Positions 13,781 through 14,049 of a stretch of DNA of 14,049 bases are shown piece after piece. The stretch's first letter is position 1. Each line of letters opens with the position of its first letter. Source of the stretch: an uncultured bacterium (lineage in GTDB: Bacteria > Cyanobacteriota > Cyanobacteriia > Cyanobacteriales > CAWUOF01); assembly GCA_963923765.1 (NCBI GenBank), contig CAWUOF010000044.1:1-14049 (forward strand). Reading direction: 5' to 3'. Below the pieces are notes generated by a model. It was not told where the DNA came from and ran no database searches. It worked only from the letters and a program-made list of their open reading frames with translations. The position numbers were made by a program, and so were the translations under genes.

Positions 13781-14049
13781 ATGCGTCTCCCTATAATTGC
13801 AATATGTCCCTTAATAGTCCTAGCAAGCTGGGCACTAACACGGGAAAATAATGATAGTCCTAACTTACAGCCTGTAACAAAACAACCAAAAGCCAGTAAT
13901 TTTGGTACACCAGTAGAAGCAGCAACACCCGCAGCAGTCAAACCGATCGCTTCCCCAGAAACAGACATAAAACCAGAATTTTCCTTTGGTAAAAAAAATA
14001 CAAATACTACCAAACAAACCAAAACAGAAACCGATCGCCAACTTACAAA
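13781..14049 (+). CDS. 5' end of a secreted or lipoprotein-like protein (signal peptide), truncated at the window end
   Basis: An ATG at 13781 is preceded by aaaagga (SD-like) at -13..-7. The frame stays open to the window end (89 codons). Seen: MRLPIIAICPLIVLASWALT is signal-peptide-like, then a Pro/Thr/Lys-rich low-complexity linker (PKASNFGTPVEAATPAAVKPIASPETDIKPE...KQTKTETD). The ORF track lists only the opposing 87-aa minus-strand ORF (13759..14022), which has no RBS and a hydrophobic but non-genic composition. I prefer the plus-strand reading. Confidence 0.4.
   Translation, partial: MRLPIIAICPLIVLASWALTRENNDSPNLQPVTKQPKASNFGTPVEAATPAAVKPIASPETDIKPEFSFGKKNTNTTKQTKTETDRQLT

Noticed and set aside
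13759-14022. 87-aa minus-strand ORF
   Set aside because: It has no RBS and sits opposite a plus-strand reading frame that has an SD-like sequence, an ATG, a clear signal peptide and continues past the window end. The minus-strand product is a mirror-frame artefact.
1-14049. CRISPR arrays, tRNA/rRNA genes, group II intron or retron signatures
   Set aside because: I found no regularly spaced direct repeats of 25-40 bp, no cloverleaf-compatible GC-rich 70-90-nt segments, and no RT-like ORF. The intergenic regions are either short or AT-rich promoter-like DNA.

Overview
This is an AT-rich window with scattered HIP1 octamers (GCGATCGC and one-mismatch variants), which is typical of a cyanobacterial chromosome. 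It is almost fully coding and carries 14 genes I can support.

Genes on the minus strand:
- 2050..4161: a long flotillin/SPFH protein.
- 90..1946: directly downstream of it, a WD40-repeat Ser/Thr kinase with a zinc-ribbon-like N-terminus.
- 9780->8001: a compact three-gene cluster made of a ParA/MinD-like deviant Walker ATPase, a ribbon-helix-helix (RHH) DNA-binding protein and a standalone Mrr-type PD-(D/E)xK nuclease domain protein.

Genes on the plus strand:
- 4323..6582: a polytopic membrane protein and a secreted Cys-containing protein, probably one operon.
- 6672..7202: a GNAT acetyltransferase.
- 7263..7847: a DUF99/UPF0215 protein (archaeal-type, endonuclease-dU-like family).
- 10507..11211: a CRP/FNR-family regulator.
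- 11239..12063: precorrin-4 C11-methyltransferase (CobM/CbiF), starting 27 bp after the regulator.
- 12197..12676: a flavin-reductase-domain protein.
- 12872..13222: a MIF/tautomerase homologue whose true start follows a promoter-embedded false start at 12794.
- 13781..14049: a partial signal-peptide protein running off the window end.

The most interesting locus is the ATPase-RHH-nuclease cluster. By eye it sits in a roughly 2.6 kb stretch (about 7.85-10.5 kb) with no HIP1 or near-HIP1 octamers, whereas every neighbouring gene carries them. The stretch is bounded by a 10-bp direct repeat. It includes a 726-bp ORF-free region that contains a perfect bidirectional terminator hairpin with no gene to terminate. 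I read this as a horizontally acquired module; it could be a plasmid-type partition cassette with nuclease cargo or a novel defence/addiction system.

I found no CRISPR array, tRNA or rRNA. All homology calls are made from motifs read in the translated ORFs, not from database searches.
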